From Octopus sinensis (Eukaryota): DNA of 49,161 nucleotides. The stretch spans positions 1 through 49,161 of the forward strand of contig NW_021834354.1 in NCBI RefSeq assembly GCF_006345805.1, written 5' to 3'. The notes under the pieces are model-generated. The model searched no databases, was not told the DNA's origin, and saw nothing but the letters and a program-made list of their open reading frames with translations. How positions within the stretch are numbered: the stretch's first letter is position 1; every line of letters begins with the position of its first letter. A program made the position numbers and the translations under genes. This document shows, piece by piece, positions 26,581-39,237 of this stretch.

Positions 26581-28582
26581 CAAAAAAATATATTATTATT
26601 ATTAGTTATAGCATTGTATTTTACATCTTGTCCGGGGATGGGGGTCTCTGTATATCTCGTGGGAATGTGGATCTGAACCTGGAAACATTCTCTCCGCGGT
26701 ATAGACTTGCACAGGGATTTCCTTTTAAGGAAGACTTCAGGTTATCCAGGCAAGCAAGTGTCCGTTCTCCACCACACTAGCGTCGACCAAGAGAAAGGCA
26801 AGCACCAGCGTTTGTCGCAGAAGCTGCCGCCAGAACGCTGCAATAAACACCACAAACTATGAGGTGGGACGCTCAAACAAATCAGCCGGTGGCTCTCCCC
26901 CACACCCACCCACTCCACACCCGCCAATCATCGACTGGTACTTTATTTATCGACCATGAAAAAGTTGGCTTTGGAGGGATTTAAATTCAGATCGTTGAGA
27001 GCGGGACCAATTATCACAAAACATTTTAACCCTGCCTTAAAGTAAAAACTCTTGGATTTTTAAAGCAGAGGGGGGGGGTGTGTCATAGTGACATATGGTA
27101 TGTCTTGGACGCACACCTCTCTAAATCTGACCACAACAAATTGCTTGAAAAGAGAAAGGGAGAGAGAGATAGAGAGAAGAGAAGAGAGAGAGAGAGAGAA
27201 AGCAAGAAGGGCGTGTGTCTTAGAAAGGCCAAGTCGAATGCAGAGCTGGGACATAGATACCGCAAGGCACTCTGCTCTCCCGCATGCTCCAAAGATTCTG
27301 CTAATTCTCCGCCAAACGCGCGCGCGCGCACACACACACACTCATTGGCCGAAGGTAGGAAGCTGTGTGAATTCACTTTAATTGTTCCTCTCCCGCTGCA
27401 ACACCCTCTAATCACCTTACCTCAGTCGACACCTATGTCTAGTGTAGCAGACATTACAATCTTCATATTGCTGTGTGTGTATCTTACACATATTAGCAAT
27501 GTCCTGCATTCTGAATATTAGCAACATTAGTTCCAACGTTAACCCGGTTAATTACTGGTATTTGGTCAGTGTTTGTCATTGATTCAGCAATGTATGACCA
27601 CAGGCGTTCCAGTGGCGACCATCCTGTCTTTTGTTAAGACATAGTGTATCTAGGACTACGTTGTCTAGTCTATGTGTTCTTCCTTTTTGAGAGTGATTTT
27701 GTGAGAGATTTATTTGGCTGTTATTTCTAGCAGGTGCGATGAGAGACGAGTTTCTTTTCTTGGTGCCGCGTTGTAGTAATAGTGGTGGCGGTGCACATGG
27801 TTCAACCCTAGGTTAGAACTAGTCGAGCACAGGTCTATGATCATGTGATCCAACCATGACCATTCCACTGTACAGACTATTAGGAGCCACATTGTCTAAT
27901 TAATGCCTGTAGAGTACAGTTTCAGAGAAATTTAGCTGTTATTTCTAGCAGCTTGATCCATTGCATTGTGACCATCCATCCCTCTCATTGGCTCGAGTAA
28001 AGAAATAACCAGATGTTTTACTGTTTATCCCTAGGTAGTCCTGATCGTTTACGTTCCAGCCGTGACCCTATCCCCTTCCTCTATATACACGGAACCCAAG
28101 CTAACATGTCCTTTTTTAAGGGGTACACAGGGAGCGGGAGTTATTTGGAGGGACATTTAGCTGCTATTTCTAACAACTTAAGTGGTCACACAGAGATCAC
28201 ATCTTGGTTTGAATAATAATGTTAATACCAGTAACGTACTGGGGTCGCCTAGACACGTTTCCCGCTCTGAGCCAGCCAGAAGATATCGATTTCGAAATCA
28301 TATCAAATTATGCGATATCGATTATTTGAATAAACGAGGAAGCCTCTATGCAGACATCAAACATGCTAGAAAGAGTAGGCATATGCCCCTCCTCAAGGCA
28401 CGCTTCACCGTCTTAAAACAGAAAGGAGAACATGGTGGATGATGTAGTCCTATGTAGAAAATGTTTAAATAAAAGCGAGGAAGCAATGGTCACAGTTGGA
28501 ACGCCTAGGATCATTGGCGACAGCTGGATCAGTACTGGTCCAGGGCGAAGCAACAACAACAATCAAATATAGTATATTATAC

Positions 28583-28613
<31 letters not shown>

Positions 28614-28642
28614 CATATATATACATACATATATATATATAT

Positions 28643-28677
<35 letters not shown>

Positions 28678-29130
28678 GAGAGAGAGAGCGAGCTAAGGTA
28701 TATTGATATTACATTATAGCGTATATGTATCATAATGATATTAATATTATATGAAATAATATCACATTATATATTATATCATGTTATATTTGGTTGCTAC
28801 TTCTGGGAGAACGAGCCGCGGCAATCCCATAGTGACTCTCTCGCTGGGTTCAAACAGTAAAGCCCCAGGTCGACATCGATCCTCAAACAAACCCTAAGAT
28901 CAACGGTATTCCTCACATGAACATCATCGTTGTTTTGTATTTTTATTTTCTTCTGTCATAGCCTACCTGGGACTACAATACTGAATGTTCCCTTACTATT
29001 TTTTATACTTTTATTGTATAATTACATTCTGTGTCATGTTATGAATATTTATTTCGTTATTTTAAGGCAAAACGATTGGGGGGGGGGGATACAATGCCGA
29101 AAAAGAAAAGCGAAACAGTAACGGTATGTC

Positions 29131-29175
<45 letters not shown>

Positions 29176-29373
29176 CATAATAATGATAATAATAATAACG
29201 ATGATGATGATGATGATGATGATGTTGATTTACTTACTTTGCACGATTGCCATTCGGGTAAAATCCGGCAGCGCTGTGGCCAGGTTTAGAATTCCTAATA
29301 GCACCATCATTTTGGTAATCATAATAATAATAATAATGGTAGTCGTTGTTGTTAATGATGTGGATAGTGTTGC

Positions 29374-29406
<33 letters not shown>

Positions 29407-29448
29407 AAGACACTGATGTATGCATGCATGTGTGTATACATAGATATA

Positions 29449-29498
<50 letters not shown>

Positions 29499-30610
29499 CT
29501 ACTGATGCGGTTTATACTATGAATGAAGCAAGCACAGTGGTGTGTATGTGTGTGTGTGTGTAACTGTATCACTCTATCTGTGTGTATATATATATATATA
29601 TTCGATATATTTATGTGTTATATATGGGTATATACATTGATGTATTAATATATACACAGTAGTTAAGGCATTTCATGCGGATAAATTAAAAATTATACAG
29701 GCATACGAACATACATATACATATATATATATACATACACATAATTATATGTATATATATGTATACATATATATGTATGTATGTATCGTGTGTGTGTGTG
29801 TGTGTTTGTGTGTATTAAATGTCTGTGTATTGCTTGACGTATTGTGCTTTACACGGCATATTCGACACACGAGAGAATTTAAGGCAGAGAGAGAGAGAGA
29901 GACTCGAAACCGCCACCGCTGCCGCCACCACCTATAATGCAATATAAATATATGATGACTGTCAGATGCGACGATTCCTTGCTCTGATTGCTGTTGGCGT
30001 TGTGATTATTGTTGTCGTCCAGTTGGTGGTGGTCACGGTTTTGATGGTCCCAATACTACTAGTAGTAGTAGTAGCAGTAGCAGTAGCAGTCGTAACAGAG
30101 GCTGTAGTTGTAGTTGATGGTAGTGGTAGTCCAGCAGCCGCAGTGGTGGTCGTAGTTGGACTAGAAATGACCCAAGTCCTGCCAGTCGTGCGTTAGTGTT
30201 GTTATTGCTGTTGTTGTCGCTTCTGTACAGTAGTAGCGGTGGTAGTGTTAGTGGTGTTGGTGGTGGTGTTAGCGGTAGACACGGTTGTTGTGATGGTGAT
30301 GATAGTGGTTGCTGTTGTTGTTGTTAATTGATCCAGTTGGGGCGAGGTTTTTTCCTTTCGTATTCCTGTTGTGTTTTGGTGAATAATATTCCTGACCAGA
30401 CTGGAGGGAGAGAGAGAGAGAGGGAGAGAGAGAGGGAGAGAGAGAGGGAGAGAGAGGGAGAGAGAGAGAGAGGGAGAGAGAGAGGGAGAGAGAGAGGGAG
30501 AGAGAGGGAGAAAGAGAGACGGTGAGATAAAGCGAGATATAGTTTTTCGTTTTTACATCGGACTGGACACACAGACACACATATATGGACGGACAAGCAG
30601 ATAGACCGTC

Positions 30611-30677
<67 letters not shown>

Positions 30678-30767
30678 GCGGGAAAGAGAAAGAGATATTG
30701 CAGGCAGATTGATGGTCAGACAGACAGACAGACAGGCGGATAGAGTCGATCCGTTGATAGACAGATG

Positions 30768-30805
<38 letters not shown>

Positions 30806-31008
30806 AGATGGAATATGTTAACAGGTTGTCAAGTGTTGTTTCTGCCCGTTTCTCGTTTGCAGAACCCGGCAAGAATTCTTCTTCGTTTCGGCTTCTGTCG
30901 GCTGCTGCTGCTGCTGCTGCTGCTGCAGTGAGCGATGCTGCTGTGCTGCTGCTGATATCACAGCAGCCACGGCTGCACTTGACACTACTACTACTACCAC
31001 TGCTACTG

Positions 31009-31051
<43 letters not shown>

Positions 31052-31766
31052 CACTGCTGCTGCTGCTGCTTCTGCTACAGCGTTGTCTTTTTAGTCCCTG
31101 GTCTGAGTTGATTAAAGCTGACCTATCATCGAATACGTTCCAATCATGGCCACCCAACAATATTATCAGACGGTTATTACATCATGGTGGTGGTGGTGGT
31201 GGTGGTCGTGGTTGCAGCGCTGAGTCGCATTTCTGTTGCTTTGACATTCGTCTCACCCCCTCCTCCTCTCCATGCTGATCTTGCTGCTGCTATTTTTGGG
31301 TATTTAGCCCCAGGCCAGGCCAGGTCGAGCCGCCTTCATAAGGATAAAAGACGTTACGACCGTGCCCACCCTGTCACTGTTATTGGAATACAGGGCTACA
31401 TTAAATAAGAAGGTCTTTATTGAAGCGAGAACGTGTCAACTGAGGGAGTTTTGACTGCTATTTTTAGCACAAAGAGCGACCAGGAAGAGATTCCCATGTT
31501 AGCTTTTGCCGCTGCTGCTGCTTCGGTTCCATGTTACAGTAGCAGCAACCAGCTTCCAGAACAGCAGCAGCAGCAGTAGTAGTAGTGATAATGCTGGTGG
31601 CGGTGGTAGTAGTAATGATAGCAGAAGAAAATAGCTGTTGACGAGACTCGGACTAGCGCCGTTGGTGATGATGATGATGATGATGATGGTAGAAATAAAG
31701 GGAAATAACTCCACCAATCATCATCATCATCATCATCGTCGTCATCGTTAGTCCCTGTCCCGTCAG

Positions 31767-31797
<31 letters not shown>

Positions 31798-31827
31798 TGC
31801 CCCCTCCTGCTCCCTCATTCCCAGTTC

Positions 31828-31859
<32 letters not shown>

Positions 31860-32112
31860 ATCCAGTCTCACCTCCATCTTTATCCCTCTGTCAATCTCCA
31901 TCTGTTCTATATTCCACCCATCCCGACATGTAGGATGGATCTCCGTCGCTTTCGACGATGAACATTCAGTCGGTCAACTAAACCGTTTTATTTATTAAAA
32001 TACTTTATAATAATTTGTGACTGAATATTTCAAAGAATCGTGTATCTGCAAATATAATTCTCGGGTGGAACCAACCCGAGCAGTGATTGTGGCATACGTG
32101 GAACCTTTGAAT

Positions 32113-32620
32113 TACGAGGATGAGTTGAAAACTTCAGAGGCTGACAATGAAGGATTGATGCTAGAGATGGGGAATCTTGCATGCATTGAATTCTAATATT
32201 CCCATTAAAAACTGTATCGTTTGTTTCCAGGTAAACTGAGATCTGACTTTTCAAAGAGAAACTTCAAAAGTAACTTTTAGCAACTTCTCTTGAAAATGAA
32301 CAGAATTTAGCATCGGGATGTCATCAAATTCCTGTAGAAAATGGGTTTCGCCCCCAAGTACCTCCATGCTGACATCGTTGCTACATTAGGTGATGGACAC
32401 TCCAGCTTCATCATCAGTGCAAAAGTAGGCTGTCAAATTTAGGAGAAGAAGGAAGAGTCTTGGAGATGAGCCAATGTCTGGACGTCCTGCAACTGCTACC
32501 ACCAAGGAAAACATTGATCGTGTTCACTACATGGTGATAGATGACAGGTTATTGATTATAAATCGAATAGCCAATGCTGTTAGCATATCATGTGAAGAGA
32601 GAGTTGAAAATATTCTGCTT
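32113..32620 (+). pseudogene. mariner element 5' portion (TIR plus N-terminal transposase)
   Basis: TIR-like TACGAGGATGAGTTGAAAACTTC. Translation includes HRDVIKFL..LHADIVATLGD..SGRPATATTKENIDRVHYMVIDDR..IANAVSIS. Confidence 0.85.
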
Positions 32621-32830
32621 ATCGAGAAACTTGTAAGTTCGATTTTTTGAAAGTATCACCATTATAGGAATTTAAAACTCTGGTGAAATTAAGGAATCAG
32701 CGCGTAAATAAACGAAACTCTCGAATCCATCACTGTACACACACACGCACACACACACGCATGCACACACACACACATACACGCACGCACACACACACAC
32801 ACACGCACTTACATACACACACAGAGTCGC

Positions 32831-32861
<31 letters not shown>

Positions 32862-33261
32862 CACGTGTCTACACGTATAGGTACACGATGATCTATACAC
32901 ACGCAGACGGGGGTCGATTCACATGAAAAAGAAGGTGAACAAAATATTACCACTTGCTTATCGGGAAATTTATAAGTTTGATTTTGTTTTAATTTTTAAT
33001 TAAAAAAAAATTTTTTTAAGAAATTCAAACCAAATGTTCATCATTTCAATCCTCTCACCCAATGAGTAGTTTTGCCAAATGAGGTGAAGATCTGTTCAGC
33101 CGTTTTCCAGTAATTTTACAAACATACAAACAGACAAATACGAGTGAATACAATACCTTGCTTTCGCTTACACACGCTGGGTAATATTAGTAGTAGTAGC
33201 AGTAGTAGTAGTAGTAGTACTACTACTACTACTAGTAGTAGTAGTAATAATAATGATGATG

Positions 33262-33325
<64 letters not shown>

Positions 33326-33337
33326 CAGTAATAATAA

Positions 33338-33525
33338 TCCTTTCTACTCTAGGCACAAGGCCCGAAATTTGAGGGGAGGGGACCAGTCGATTAGGTCAAC
33401 CCCAGTACGCAACTGGTACTTAATTTATCGACCCCGAAAGGATGAAAGGCAACATCGACCTCGGCGGAATTTGAACTCAGGACGTAAAGACGAACAATAT
33501 GCTGCTAAGCATTTTACTCGCCCCC
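33338..33525 (-). mobile_element. SINE family B with (ATT)n tail
   Basis: Reverse complement of the family-B body, including the 3' end CCCTCAAATTTCGGGCCTTGTGCCTAGAGTAGAAAGGATTATT. Confidence 0.88.
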
Positions 33526-33778
33526 TTAATAATAATAATAATAATATTAGTAGTTGTAATAATAATAAATGTAATCCGGGACCTGGCTTGGTTAATCCAA
33601 GGCAAAAGTTTTCGTCCTTCATCACTTCAGTTTGACCTTCTGCCTCGGAATTTCTTTCTTTTTTTTTCTCTGTCGTTTCGTTTCTTTTATCTTCCCTTCT
33701 TTCATGAAGGATAAACAATCCAAAACATAGGAACATTCCTTTGCTTCTTAACTCTTCCATTTTCTTTTTACTTTTCTT

Positions 33779-33813
33779 TTCTTTGGTGAAGGGCACAGTT
33801 CGAAACGTCAGAA
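33779..33813 (+). ncRNA. Degenerate minimal hammerhead motif
   Basis: TTCT-TTGGTGA-A-GGGC aca GTTC-GAA-ACGT-C-AGAA. Stems I and II and the palindromic ACGT are present, but the core has two mismatches to CUGAUGA. Confidence 0.5.
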
Positions 33814-34349
33814 TATATCTGTATATTCCCTAATTCTTTCCTCTCTTATTTTCCTTGTTCCAGGATAACCCCAAACGTAAGAACACTCTTTTAAATCCTT
33901 TTCTTCTCTCTCTCTGTCTCTTTTGATGAAGGATGATCATTCCTAGCTGTAATACACTTATTTTTCTATTCTCTTTTCTTTTCCAAAACGGATGCACGTC
34001 TCTCTTTTCCTTAATTCTTTTTCTGCAATTCTCTGCGATGGAAATCATTTCAGTAAAAACATTTCTCTTTTTCACTCCAGCCTTGAACTCCTTTTGTAAC
34101 TTTATATTTCCGTTCTTCGTTTCTTTACTTTCTGCCTAAAATACTTCTTTGGACATTTCCTTTTTTTTTATAAATAAGGTATGATTTAAGGTAGAATTGG
34201 CTGCTATTTCTAGCGTATTGAGGGATCATATTGTAAAAGGGCAATCTGTACGTTTCAGCTGCTGTTGTCCATGTTGTTGTTGTTACTCTTGTAGTTATTT
34301 AGTTCCAAGTTGAACCTAATTGACCATTATTCCATTAGTGATTATTCTA

Positions 34350-34425
34350 GACATTTTAAAACTGATGAAATACTTACGGTGTTTAATAAAATGAAGTAGC
34401 ATGAAACAATTGTACCACTCTACCT
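34350..34425 (+). mobile_element. 3' half of the long-stem-II hammerhead family (partial PLE repeat)
   Basis: GACATTTTAAAACTGATGAAATACTTACGGTGTTTAATAAAATGAAGTAGCATGAAACAATTGTACCAC aligns with the reverse complement of 38175-38245. Confidence 0.7.
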
Positions 34426-34429
34426 CTTG

Positions 34430-34597
34430 CAACCCGATGATTATACCAAATACTTCCAGCTTCAAACCCACCATTTCGGACAACTTCTACAACTTGGTCA
34501 GGCCACCATTTCTTCTGCTTTCCTTGGGTCATCATGGGACATTCTGCAACAATGTGTTCCATTATTTTTCATCCCAAATTCCACACACTCTATCATG
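34430..34597 (-). pseudogene. R4/Dong-type zinc-knuckle/REL-proximal fragment
   Basis: Minus strand with a frameshift: RVCG..MEHIVAECPMMTQGKQKKWWPDQVVEVV..GFEAGSIWYNH. This resembles the CxxC..HIVxxC..RHDxV..WYxH region of R4-clade ORFs. Confidence 0.6.
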
Positions 34598-34645
34598 ACC
34601 ATCATCATCACCATCATCATCATTATCATCATCATCATCATTAAC

Positions 34646-35290
34646 GCAGCGAGCTGGCAGAATCGTTAGCACGCTGGGCGAAATGCTTACCGGTATTTCA
34701 TCGGTCTTTACGTTGTGAGTTCAAATCCCACCGAGGTCGACTTTGCCTTTCATCCTTTCGGGGTCGATAAATTAAGTATCAGTTGCCAACTGGGTCGATC
34801 TAATCGACTGGCCCCTTCCCCCCCCCCAAATTTCGGGCCTTGTGCCTATAGTAGAAAAGATTATATTTTTTCATCAAAGACGGCAAGCTGGCAGAATCGT
34901 AAGCGCGCTGGGTGAAATGCTTAGCGGTATTTGGCCGGTCGCTACTTTCTGAGTTCAAATTCCGCCGAGGTCAACTTTACCTTTCATCCTTTCGGGGTCG
35001 ATAAATTAAGTATCAGTTGAACACTGGGGTCGATGTATTCAACTAGTCTCCCCTCAAAAAAAAAAAAAAAAAAAGGTTGCAAGCCTCGTATCTTTAAGAG
35101 AAAGGATTATTATGATGAGTGATTGGCAGAATTGTGAGAGCGTCAGACAAAGTGAAAATCGATATTTAGTTACGGTTTTTATGTTGTGAGTTCAAATTCC
35201 ACCATTTGCCATTCATCCCTCGGGGGCCAAAAACATAAAGTACCACTCATGTATTGAAGTCGATGAAATCAACTAAGCCCCCTCCCCATT
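34646..35290 (+). mobile_element. Three tandem SINE family B copies
   Basis: Copies at 34646-34865, 34879-~35115 and a degenerate one at ~35116-35290, each with the GGCAGAAT head and GAGTTCAAAT B-box. Confidence 0.85.
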
Positions 35291-35436
35291 CAAAATGTCT
35301 AAATCAGAAACCATTAATTATGACAACGAAAGTTTTTGTACTTGTAAATCTTGATTCCGAAAAAGGGCTAAATTCTTCGTATTCTCCTTGTCGTCGTCGT
35401 CGTCATTACCACCACCACCACCACCATCGCCATCAC

Positions 35437-35468
<32 letters not shown>

Positions 35469-35812
35469 AGGCCATTATAGAATTTTTTGCTTTATTCACA
35501 TACGTTTTTATTTCCTCCAATAGAGTTGGTTATTTTCTATCTCTCTTTTGTCACAGAAGCACTTATCTGTTGTACAATTACAACAACCTATTCATTTCTC
35601 GATATATTTATTTGTTCAATGTAGTTATTATTGTTCGATATTTTTATTATTCTCTGCACATTAATGAAATGTCCGATTTCATTTTCAGTCAGAAATGACA
35701 CGAATGCAGACGTCTTTCATAATTTCTGACCGGAGATGGGACCTTGGCTAAGTGGTTGAATAATCCAACATCATGTCAGAGATGTTAGTTTTATTTGTAT
35801 GAAACGGTGTCA

Positions 35813-36000
35813 GGCGGCGAGAATCGTTGGTGCGCCGGACAAAATGCTTTGTGGATTTTACACACTGAGTTGAAATTTGCGTTTTCATCTCTTTCGGGGT
35901 CGATAAAATAAATAGTGGCAGAACTCTGGGGGTTGATGTAATAGACTTGTCCCTCCCTTAAAGCTTCTAGCCCTTGTCCTTTTCGAAGAAAGAATTATTA
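35813..36000 (+). mobile_element. Diverged SINE family B copy
   Basis: GGCGGCGAGAATCGTTGG..CTTTCGGGGTCGATAAAATAA..GGGGTTGATGTAATAGACT..GAAAGAATTATTA. Confidence 0.7.
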
Positions 36001-36726
36001 CCAAACAAAATCTCACTAATATGAATCAACCACTTTGATAACAAACGCTAATGTTTTTGGACAAGTCCAGCTCGGCGAAAGGAAGTTATACCTTTCTTCA
36101 CCTCTCTTGAATTTCATTTCCTCTTCGGCTTATACGTATTCTGAATAACAACTTAACTTTGACTTAAATTTACTTAAAATATAAATATCGTTGTCTTTGA
36201 GCTTTTGAGCTATGCTGATGACGTGTAAAGATATCGAAACATGCACCTATAAATAATGGAGAAAAAAAGAAAAAGAATAAAATGTAACTCTACCTTCACC
36301 CTATGGTTTATCTTGTGTATTAGTACAGATGGTAGGAGGGAAAAGTCCCTTTCACTCACCAATTTTCAACTGGATTCGAACATTCACCGAATGTTTTACA
36401 TTGAGAAATAAATAACAACTACTTCTATTTAAAAAAAAAAAATTAGAAATTAACTTTATTTTTAATTTCCGGTTTCCCCTGTTATAATTTGAAACCGCGC
36501 GGCCAGGGGACCGGGAAGTCTTGTATAAAACAAATGGAGGACAGGACTTTTTATTTTGAAAAGAAGAAAGAAAAAGAGATAACACTATTTTAAAAATAGA
36601 GAGAAGTCATTTTCTTTACTGGAAGGAAAATTATATGTCACGTGAATGACACTAAAATACTACACACACTCGCACGTACACAAACACGTACACATACATA
36701 TATATATATATAAAGATGTATACACT

Positions 36727-36763
<37 letters not shown>

Positions 36764-37991
36764 TGCATCCAACCATCCAGTCATCCATGCATACACATAT
36801 ATATTATATATACACATACGTGTACGTGTGTGTGTGTATACGCATATACATTTATATGTATGATGTACACACACACATATGTATGCATATATATATATAT
36901 GTGTGCATAAATATATGTATATATATATATACACACATATATATATATTTATATATACTAGTGTGGTAATGAAAAGTGACATCCAATATTTGGTGTGGTT
37001 GTCTTTCATTTAACAATGTGTCTATGTATCAGCTTTCTTTCGATCTATGTATCTACTGTCTCTCTCACTTTCTCACTTTCTCTCTAAATTCCTCTGCATC
37101 CCTCCTCTCTCCCGCTTCGCCACTCACTTTTTCCTTTCAAGTAAGTGTGACACACACCACAGGTACGGACGTACAAAACAAGTTGGCGTATCAATATTAT
37201 TGGGTACTTTTTGGTTATCTCACCCCTATTAAAAAATTGCCATTAAAACTGGGTTATCTTCCCGCTCAAAAATCGAGTTAATGTGGCGACAACAGATTGG
37301 ATTAAAAGAGTTCGATCCTTTTGATTCAATGTCTCAACACATTATCGACATTTGGCCTCCTTTGTAGGAATGTTATGATTTATTATAAAAATAGTAGCAA
37401 GTTCAGTAAGATGTTTAATTTTTTCAGTTTTCATGTTTATTAAATTTTTCCTTTTTTTTTTCTGTTTTATTGGCGTTTAAACAACTTTTTCGGTTGAAGG
37501 AGATAACCAAAAGTACCGATATTTCTCGTAAAACGGGGGAAATAACCCAAATTTTTTAATGGGGGGTAAGCTGGGGGAGGGGAGAAGACCAGTTAAAAAA
37601 CCCCAACTCTATACGTGTTGAATGGGCGTTGTTTTTAAATAAGACAAAAGCATTTCTCCTAGGTACGAAAATGATGTAAGGTGAGCGAGATAAATGAAGC
37701 CAGCGTGGTTAATACAAAACTAGTTTCACGTTCAATGTACAAACTCAATATATATCAATTTTAAAAAAATAATTTAATTGAAATAAGTACATACAACGAT
37801 CTTCAGTTGTATACTCCATATTTTATGAAAAAATATGCAAACTTTCAAATATATATTTACCTTCATTTATCCACATCGATTCGTAACTCATGGTATACAA
37901 TAGTTTGAAATAGTAAAAGAAAGAGAAGACATGCTTCTTCTTTCTTATTCGAATACGCTTCTAATCTGTCGCTGGGCCGATAGCGGCCAAT

Positions 37992-38030
<39 letters not shown>

Positions 38031-38174
38031 TATATATATATATATATATAGCAAAATTTAGATTCAGATGAATATGGTACTTAAGTTAAAGGCACCAGAA
38101 TTTGGTATGGTATTATCCATATAAATCAAATGGGGTGATTATAATCAAAATAAGCAACAAGGATATCCAAGGTA

Positions 38175-38264
38175 GTGTAGTACAATCGTTTCATGCTACT
38201 TCATTTTATTAAACACTGTAAGTATTACATCAGTTTTAAAATGTCGAGCAATCTTCAGCCACAT
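38175..38264 (-). ncRNA. Type I hammerhead ribozyme with long extended stem II
   Basis: ATGTGG-CTGAAGA-T-TGCT[~50 nt self-complementary insert]AGCA-T-GAA-ACGATTGT-A-CTACAC: 5-bp stem I with one GU pair, intact core, near-palindromic stem III. Confidence 0.7.
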
Positions 38265-38362
38265 ATAGAATTTTTCAATTAGGATAACTGGAAAATTCTA
38301 TATGTGGCTGAAGATTGCTCGACATTTTAAAACTGATGTAATACTTACAGTGTTTAATAAAA
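38204..38362. repeat. Near-perfect palindrome (inverted partial PLE repeat)
   Basis: Arms 38204-38277 and 38289-38362 (~74 bp, one mismatch seen) with an 11-nt loop. A second small palindrome at 38363-38443 abuts it. Confidence 0.92.
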
Positions 38363-38670
38363 AAAACACGTTGAATTTACGCTTAAAATCATAATTTTAT
38401 GATTTTATGGTTTATGATTTTAAGCATAAATTCAATGTGTTTTGTATGCAACGCTGATTTTTATATATTTGTATATTTTATATGATGTTTATTTATTTAT
38501 ATATTATTATATACTTTTAAACGTCGAGCTGGCTTTGTATCTGTTCTCTAGATATAAATGACTATATGAATATATGTATGTGTTTGATCTTTCTGTGGAT
38601 TTTGTAATGTTCCTTTTGTTGCTGCTCACATTGCCTCCGCTCAGATTAACAAGTGGTATATATATATATA

Positions 38671-39090
38671 GGCGCAGGAGTGGCTGTGTGGTAAGTAGCT
38701 TGCTAACCAACCACATGGTTCCGGGTTCAGTCCCACTGCGTGGCACCTTGGGCAAGTGTCTTCTACTATAGCCTCGGGCCGACCAAAGCCTTGTGAGTGG
38801 ATTTGGTAGACGGAAACTGAAAGAAGCCCGTCGTATATATGTATATATATGCGTGTGTGTGTTTGTGTGTCTGTGTGTGTCCCCCTAGCATCGTTTGACA
38901 ACCAATGTTGGTGTGTTTATGTCTCCGTTACTTAGCGGTTCGGCAAAAAGAGACCGATAGAATAAGTACTGGGCTTACAAAAGAATAAGTCCCGGGGTCG
39001 AGTTGCTCGATTAAAGGCGGTGCTCCAGCATGGCCGCAGTCAAATGACTGAAACAAGTAAAAGAGTAAAAGAGTAAAAGAGTAAAAGAGT
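38671..39090 (+). mobile_element. tRNA-derived SINE, family A, full length and least diverged
   Basis: Head GGCGCAGGAGTGGCTGTGTGGTAAGTAGCTTGC..GGGTTCAGTCCC, internal (TA)/(TG) microsatellite, tail (GTAAAAGA)x4. Confidence 0.92.
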
Positions 39091-39199
39091 ATATATATAT
39101 ATATATATGTATAAGGGTGGAAAGGAACACACGAGTTGATATATATGAAAAAACAAGTCAAAAATAGAAAATGCTAAGATAATTTTATAGTGAATCTTT

Positions 39200-39237
39200 C
39201 AGTACCGGTTTCGGTCATTTTGAGACCTTTTCAACTG
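39200..39237 (-). ncRNA. Type I minimal hammerhead ribozyme, U3-A8 covariant core
   Basis: CAG-TTGAAAA-GGTC tcaaaat GACC-GAA-ACCGGT-A-CTG: 3-bp stem I, perfect 4-bp stem II, palindromic stem III, UA site. Confidence 0.7.

Noticed and set aside
32950-33120. Possible Helitron/Helentron-type non-autonomous end
   Set aside because: The resemblance rests on memory of a short motif only; no termini could be defined.
37480-37520. Hammerhead-like TCGGTTGAAGG..AAAAGTACCGA
   Set aside because: The core is mismatched and stem III would need an impossible 1-nt loop.
38671-38745. tRNA genes
   Set aside because: The tRNA-like A/B boxes continue into shared SINE bodies and do not close an acceptor stem.
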